A stretch of DNA of 64,000 bases, taken from Anthoceros angustus. Taxonomy: Eukaryota; Plantae; Anthocerotophyta. Position 1 is the stretch's first letter; every line of letters begins with the position of its first letter. The translations under genes were made by a program, and so were the position numbers. The stretch lies in contig VJWM01000221.1 in NCBI GenBank assembly GCA_010909165.1, positions 237,530 to 301,529 of the forward strand. The letters run 5' to 3'. The notes under the pieces were generated by a model. It worked only from the letters and a program-made list of their open reading frames with translations, did no database searches and had not been told where the DNA came from. This document shows positions 57,501 to 64,000 of this stretch, piece by piece.

Positions 57501-60500
57501 AAAGCACAGGCCTGTTGTCCAATTTCTTCCGCTTCTGTGGGATATAAGCATAGGCCTTGGAACCCAGCGAAGATGAAGGAGACTAGGCTTACGCCTCCAG
57601 AAGACTTCAAAAGGAGTCTTGCCAGGGACAGAGCTGGTAAGCACTCTGTTGAGGATATAGGTGGCGGTGACGATGGCCTCCGCCCAGAAGTCCTGAGGTA
57701 AGCTAGCCCACAAGAGCATGCTGCGAGTCATTGAGAGCAAAGTCTGATTTTTACGCTCAGCAACTCCGTTCTGTTGTTGGGTGTAGGGCACGATCAGCTG
57801 GCGCTGGATTCCATGCTCCTGGAGAAATGCGTCGAAAGCAGTGTTCACAAACTCAGTACCATTATCCGTGCGAAGTACCTTGAGGAGACAGCCGGACTGC
57901 CTCTGCACCACAGGTAACCATTCCCGGAAATAGCCTAGAGTGTCACTCTTAAGATGCATAGGATAAGTCCACGAATATCTGCTGAAGTCATCTGTAATTG
58001 TTAGATAATAGAGGGCACCACCCAGTGAGGGCTGGTGAATTTTTCCAGAGATATATCGCATGGACTAACTCCAACACTGTTGCTCTATGTGCATTCTTGA
58101 ACGGAGCTCCAGCTTGAGAATACAAGACTCAAACGGAAGATCCTTAAAGCGGGATGGCAAGGGTTCTCGGTGGCGGAAAGCTTGGACATGTCTATGAGCT
58201 TGTGCCGATTAGCATGCCCTAAACGCCATGCCACAAAGATGCCACTGGGAATTCAAAAGAGCTGCTCTGTAGAATAGGCTGGAGGCGAACCGCAGACAAG
58301 CTGCTGGATCATGCATACTCCCTTGAAGACACAGTTGTTGGATGGCCCACCTTGTAGAAGCAGCCCTCATCAACCCGCATCTCATATAGGCGGGGCATGA
58401 GTTTGCTCAACGACAACAGTTCTTGGCCATATCACGGGACAAAAGTACACCATGGACGGTCGAACCATCATCAAGGAGGAAAGTACAGTGCCATGACCCT
58501 CAACTCATGAGCTAGTATCACTCCGCTCATCCCCAAGCAACACCTTGTCTTTCATGTTACATAATGTTAAAGTTGAAAAAAGGTGCTTGTCATTGCGAGA
58601 TGTGTGGTAGCACCGGAGTCCAGGTACCAACATCCAGCATCATGCAAAGAGCTTGCGAGGCAAACGGTAAGAATCTTTACTGTGCCTTTGGGGCTTTCTC
58701 CCTTTTCCTTGACTGCAACGTGTGCTGACTGCTTTGAGACTTTCTGTGGGTCGCCGGCCTTCTTCTTCCGGCACTCACGAGCCCAATGGCCAGCCACACC
58801 ACACCAGTTGCAATTCCCAGTTCGAGGGAGGCGAACGGAAGATGAATCTCGACCTCCGGCTTGCCTTCCAGTGCTGGTCCGAATTTCTGACAAGGACTTT
58901 GTCACCTTTGGTTTTATGTCCTCCTGCGAGTTAATACGGCCTGTTCTTCCCGAAACAGGGCACTGATGATCTCCTCTACTGTGATGGAGGGAGGAGCACC
59001 GCCCGAGTCGGATAGGGGCATTGAAGCTCTTGATAAAGGTTTGATATGAGGGTGGCGGGGAGGTTAACTGTGCTACCTCAACTTCATCAGTGGTGGATCC
59101 AAAAGCCTTCATTTGGGCTCGCAGCTGCCTAAATTTTGTGACATGAGGAGCAACCCTCTCACCTTCACGCAAACGAAGTGAGTAGAATTCCATGCGCACA
59201 ACATTGTAAGCATGCATGTTTTGGACATCATATGTGGCTACGAGTTGATCCCAAATTCCCTTCCCAGTAGTGTGGTACTCTACATCAGGTACGAGGACTT
59301 CATCTAGACCATGGACTAGTAATAGCTATGGAATTTAACCGATTCCATTTTTCTATATCGTGAGGCGGGGTGGCATTGGGATCGGGTTTGCATATGTCCC
59401 ATCTACCACTTCCCATACCCTCGCCAATCAAGGTGGTTTTCATGCGGACCTTCCAGACGGAAACTTGGTCCCATTAAACCGATCCTTCTCCTTTAATTCG
59501 AGGTATATGTGGGATTCGTGAGTACCCATCCCAAGTGCAAGGTAAAGGCGGAAGGATGCTTTCTTTCTAGAGACTAGAGCTCTTGATAAGAGTGAGACAG
59601 GCTAACACACACTCGTGATTATGATCGAGTTAGTTGATGGCCTTCAAACTCTTATGCTGAGAATTTGTGGGCCTTACTCGTTACTAACCTAGGCGATGCG
59701 AGGGAGGCCTGGGTCTTGGTTTGGGTCCAGGATGATCATGTGGGCTGCTCCAGCCCCGCCTCGTCGCCTCCCGGCATCGCAAGGGTTAATCAACGCAAAG
59801 TAGAAGCCAATGCGAAATGGGGTTAGAAACCCTAACTAGTGAAAACCAAACGTAGAATCTTGTTCCCTAATCGCGTGTGTCCTTCTCATGTGGCAAGGCA
59901 CACAGGTGTAGGCGGCTGCGGAAGGCTTGAAGAGTCGCAAAGAGGTGCACATTGGAGTGGCGGCGGAAATCCTTCACACCGCTGTTGGCAATGTGACACC
60001 GTTTCGATTCTCCTTGGCGTTTCAACTTTCTGCGGAAGCTTCACAAGGCGATTCTTGGCGCTGGGGCCAAGGATGCACTCAACGACACTTTGAAATTCAA
60101 TTGGTTCATCATCTCCGCAAGGCGTGATGTCAATCTTCAGTCATGTTCAAATTGTTAATCCTCCGCCGAATCTGTCCTGTCTTGAACATCGTGTTTCAAA
60201 GATTCTGCCGTGATAGCAGGTAAGTGTTCTCTCAACTCTCGTGGCCACTGCCCGGTGATTGAAGGGCAACCCTTGATCTTGCTTTGCCTTGAGATTGATC
60301 TCTTGTCCTGTTGTCTGCAGTTGGAGGGAATTGTCTCAACTCGAGTTTCCGGTCTTCAGAACAAATCTGGATTTTGGGCTCTCGATGACGTGCCTAAACA
60401 AAGCGTCATGTCGGATTTTGGATAGGGAAATTTAAATGTCTAGGCGGTTTGGACCGAATGTCTATTGGCAAGATCTCTAAGCGAGGCGCGGGTAATCCCA

Positions 60501-60813
60501 TCGTCCAACAATGTGTCCACGGTAGGTAGGTAGGATTTTACGGGCAAGAGCCCTCAAATCGCCACGCACTCTCCTGCGGTTGCCTCCCCTGATTACCCGA
60601 TCTCGGCATTTTCTAGGGATCTATATGGTAGATCAAGCATGGCTCTGATACCATGATCGGTTTGTAAGCTGATAAGCGTACAAGATAAACTTTCATCAAA
60701 TAAAGAATGAATACAAAAATGTGTTTGTTATGTGCCTTTTATACTTGACTTAATAAAGCTTCACTTAACCCTAACTAGCATTGCTTAACTATAGGTTTGC
60801 TTTGTATCCAACA
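54555..60813 (-). mobile_element. Full-length Ty1/copia LTR retrotransposon (6259 bp), internal ORFs frameshifted
   Basis: 160-bp TG..CA LTRs at 54555-54714 and 60654-60813 (157/160 identical). CACGT target-site duplication at 54550-54554 and 60814-60818. iMet PBS TGGTATCAGAGCC at 60641-60653 and PPT at 54715-54722. Gag CNWCGVAGHWAREC, protease WYLDSGAT, integrase LRTDNGTEF/QQNGVAERKN, RT EPRSYKEA and RNase H FTDADWA..HARTKHI. Confidence 0.96.
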
Positions 60814-61764
60814 CACGTGATAGTCAAGCTTAATATTACCGTGACCATAAATTATAGATAGAACAAAGGGTCTCACGCGTTAGAACTCACAAGATAGGAA
60901 GGTACAAAAGGGACAAATCACGCTTAACGTGTACAAAACCTTAAAGATCTCATATTATTTCATATATAAAACTACCAATTTATTTTACTATCCAGTTGAT
61001 TTTATTTTTCCAAAATGAACCCACATGATCCAGTTTTTCCTTTTTAGTGAGACTTGGGTGACCATAAATATAGAGAATGCATACTATATATGTGTGTTGA
61101 GAATATAAATAAAGGACATACTATATATGTGTGCTATACTAGGCTATATTTATGAATGCAAGTCGATATACATTGACGTTTTAAGCTTGCACAAGTTCCT
61201 TTGATGTCTTAAGACCATGTGCCAAAGCCATAGCGTTGTATTAAGCAAACGCACGCCACAAAGGCATAGATCGTCAAGCTCCCTCTCTTGTAGTATCCAA
61301 GAGAAGCAAAGAGCGACACCTTGAGGAGGCGCGCATGCTTACCTTCTTTTCATAATCTTATTTAGTGTTTCTGGTCTACCTTTGATTCAAGATGGAAGGC
61401 AACCATAGGGAAGATGTATTGGTGAGTGAAATTGATAACGCGGACCACATCTGGCTTGACCTCCGACGGACCTTTGGTCTAAGGGATTGCACACATGTAA
61501 TGTCGCCAAAATGACCTTATTGCTAACCTCCCTATCCTCTACTCCCACCGAAAAAAAACAAGACTAAAACAGTCGCTGTGGAGTACGGACATCGGATTTT
61601 GGCACCTACACCTCTCCAAGTCCGCTATTTCAAGTGAGTATTCAACTTGACTTCAACAAATCTCATCGATCTGCCGACAGCTATCATCCACATATTGGGA
61701 TCAAAATGAGCAAGCTTTGATCCTTAGCTTGCTTTGTAAGTAGAGGCGATCCTCATCACTACGT

Positions 61765-63520
61765 TTGTAGCCTTGAGATTGATCTCTTGTCCACTGTTAT
61801 GCAGTTGAGGCAGAATTGTCTCAACTGTGGATTTCCGGTCTTCAGAACAATCTGGATTTTGGGCTCTCGATGACAGTGCCTAAACAAAGCGTCTGTCAGG
61901 TTGGATAGGGAAATTTAGGTATAGGCGGTTTGGACGAATGTCTATTGGCAAGATCTCTAAGCGAGGCGCGGGTAATCCGCTCGTCACAGTCGACAATGTC
62001 ACGGTAGGTAGGTAGGATTTTGGGCAAGAGCCTCAAATCGCTCACGCACTCCTGCGGTTGCCTCCCTTACGGTGATTACCCGATCTCGGCATTTTCTAGG
62101 GATCTATATGGTAGATCAAGCATGGCTCGATACCATGATCGGTTTAATGGTGATAAGCGTACAAGATAAACTTTCATCAAATAAAGAATGAATACAAAAT
62201 GTGTTGAGATGTGCCTTTTATACTTGACTTAATAAAGCTTCCCTAACTAGCATTGCTTAACTATAGGTTTGCTTTGTATCCAACACACGTGATAGTCAAG
62301 CTTAATATTACGTGACCATAAATTATAGATAGAACAAAGGGTCTGGCGTTAGAACTCACAAGATAGGAAGGTACAAAAGGGACCGTCACGCTTCTGTATT
62401 TGTACAAAACCTTAAAGATCTCATATTATTTCATATATAAAACTACCAATTTATTTTACTATCCAGTTGATTTTATTTTTCCAAAATGAACCCACATGAT
62501 CCAGATTTTTCCTTTTTAGTGAGACTTGGAGTGACCATAAATATAGAGAATGCATATATATGTGTGTTGAGAATATAAATAAAGGACATACTATATATGT
62601 GTGCTATACTAGGCTATATTTATGAATGCAAGTCGATATACATTGATTTTAAGCTTGCAAGCGCAAGTTCCTTTGATGTCTTAAGACCATGTGCCAAAGC
62701 CATAGCGTTGTATTAAGCAAACCACGCACGCCACAAAGGCATAGATCGTCAAGCTCCCTCTCTTGTAGTATCCAAGAGAAGCAAAGAGCGACACCTTGAG
62801 GGCATGCTTACCTTCTTTTCATAATCTTATTTAGTTTTTACCTACCTTTGATTCAAGATGGAAGGCAACCATAGGGAAGATGTATTGGTGAGTGAAATTG
62901 ATAACCAATCCGTGGAGTGGAGTGAGACTTATGAAGAAGCCACATATGAACAACCATGGAGTGCATCTTATGAAGAAACCACGGATGACCAACCATGGAG
63001 TGATGAACAACCATGGAGTGCAACCTATAAAGAAACCACGGATGACCAACCATGGAGTGATGAACAACCATGGGATGCAACTAATGAAGAAGCTACCCAT
63101 GGAGAACCATGGCACGAAACTCGTGAAGAAGCCACCAATGGACAACCGTGGAGTGATGCGCAAGCCTCGACAATGACGCATGGGAAGAAGCTTATGTGCA
63201 AGATGATGAAGACAACTTGCACATGTAACTTATGAAGGTCGATGGCCATCGCATTCCACGTATCGTCTATGCAATCTTATTACGGAAATTTGCATGATGC
63301 AAAGGTTGAGGCATTAAGGATGGACAAGTGGCTCCTAGCCTACATCCATGGCGACAAACGGAGTTCCATATTTTGGAGAGTGGGAAAAATCCACTAATGA
63401 AATTTTGAAGGATCTAAACGATCTTTCCTTCTTTGGGAAGTCTCACGGTACCATAGAGATTTTAAAAGTGAAAACCTTTTATAACATAGCTGAAAACACT
63501 TGCTGCATACTTGTGATACC
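61765..63520. repeat. Indel-rich redundant copy of the copia 5' end (leader, PBS, LTR, CACGT) plus flank and the Trp-Ser-repeat/UAS gene
   Basis: Repeats 60280-61440 and 50380-51630 with many 1-5 bp indels, including the identical insertion junction. Confidence 0.85.
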
Positions 63521-64000
63521 ACTCTCCACAGTGCCTATTTCAAACCATAAAGGTTTCTTATAACGCACACCGATTCTCTTTGCCCTTCTCAACAAAACCT
63601 TTGTTGTCAGACAAGCGCCCTCTTGAGGTCACCATGCAAGAATGCCGTTTGACATCCATCCGCATAAGTTCCATAGCAACCAAAGCAAGAACACATCGCA
63701 GTTATCATTTGACCATGTGAGAAAATCTCATCAAAGTCAATGCCTAGTTGTTGCTTGAAACACTTAGCAACCAATCGTAGTACTTTGGTTTGCCATCAAG
63801 GGTATGACCTTCATCTTGTACACCCATTTGTACAGAGTGCTCTTATCTCAGCAACCAACTCCAAGTTTTGCCTTATGCAAATACGAGAGGACTATATGGC
63901 CTTCTCTTACTTTGTTACTCATTGACACGGCCTCTTTGTGAAGAGGGTTCTCCAACTGTCAAAGATTACATAATCCGTAGATGGATCACCGCCGAGGGCG
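63520..64000 (-). mobile_element. Reverse transcriptase fragment of a second Ty1/copia family
   Basis: Frameshifted RLVAK.FKQQLGIDFDEIFS, MDVK.AFLHGDL, GFVEKGKENRVC and LYGLK motifs. Confidence 0.8.

Overview
Eukaryotic nuclear DNA from a non-seed land plant, most likely a hornwort. That assignment is inferred from a bryophyte-type delta-6 PUFA elongase, short GT-AG introns, and PLS-class PPR genes with elongated L motifs and a WW-type PG box. The first ~49 kb is gene-dense: ELO elongase, four PLS PPR genes plus remnants, a 2OG-Fe(II) oxygenase, a ureide permease and its tandem pseudogene, FYVE4, HHP/PAQR, PILS, a GT47 exostosin, LOLITA, U2 snRNA, RPA49 and an LHCII gene. The last ~15 kb is a nest of Ty1/copia sequences with a captured UAS-UBX-like gene and a noisy redundant copy. 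Best leads: (1) an LHCII (Lhcb2-type) gene whose mature protein has no Met or Cys, with every conserved sulfur residue replaced by a multi-base codon change, i.e. a candidate sulfur-sparing antenna isoform; (2) a tRNA-His-derived element with a broken anticodon arm, followed directly by a 20-bp hairpin and a T5 Pol III terminator; (3) a ~450-bp bidirectional promoter duplicated in inverted orientation 10 kb apart, each copy keeping one gene and a stub of the other, with one copy now upstream of a PPR gene. Several near-identical tandem duplications and homopolymer frameshifts may be assembly artefacts. All family assignments come from recalled motifs and manual translation, not database searches.
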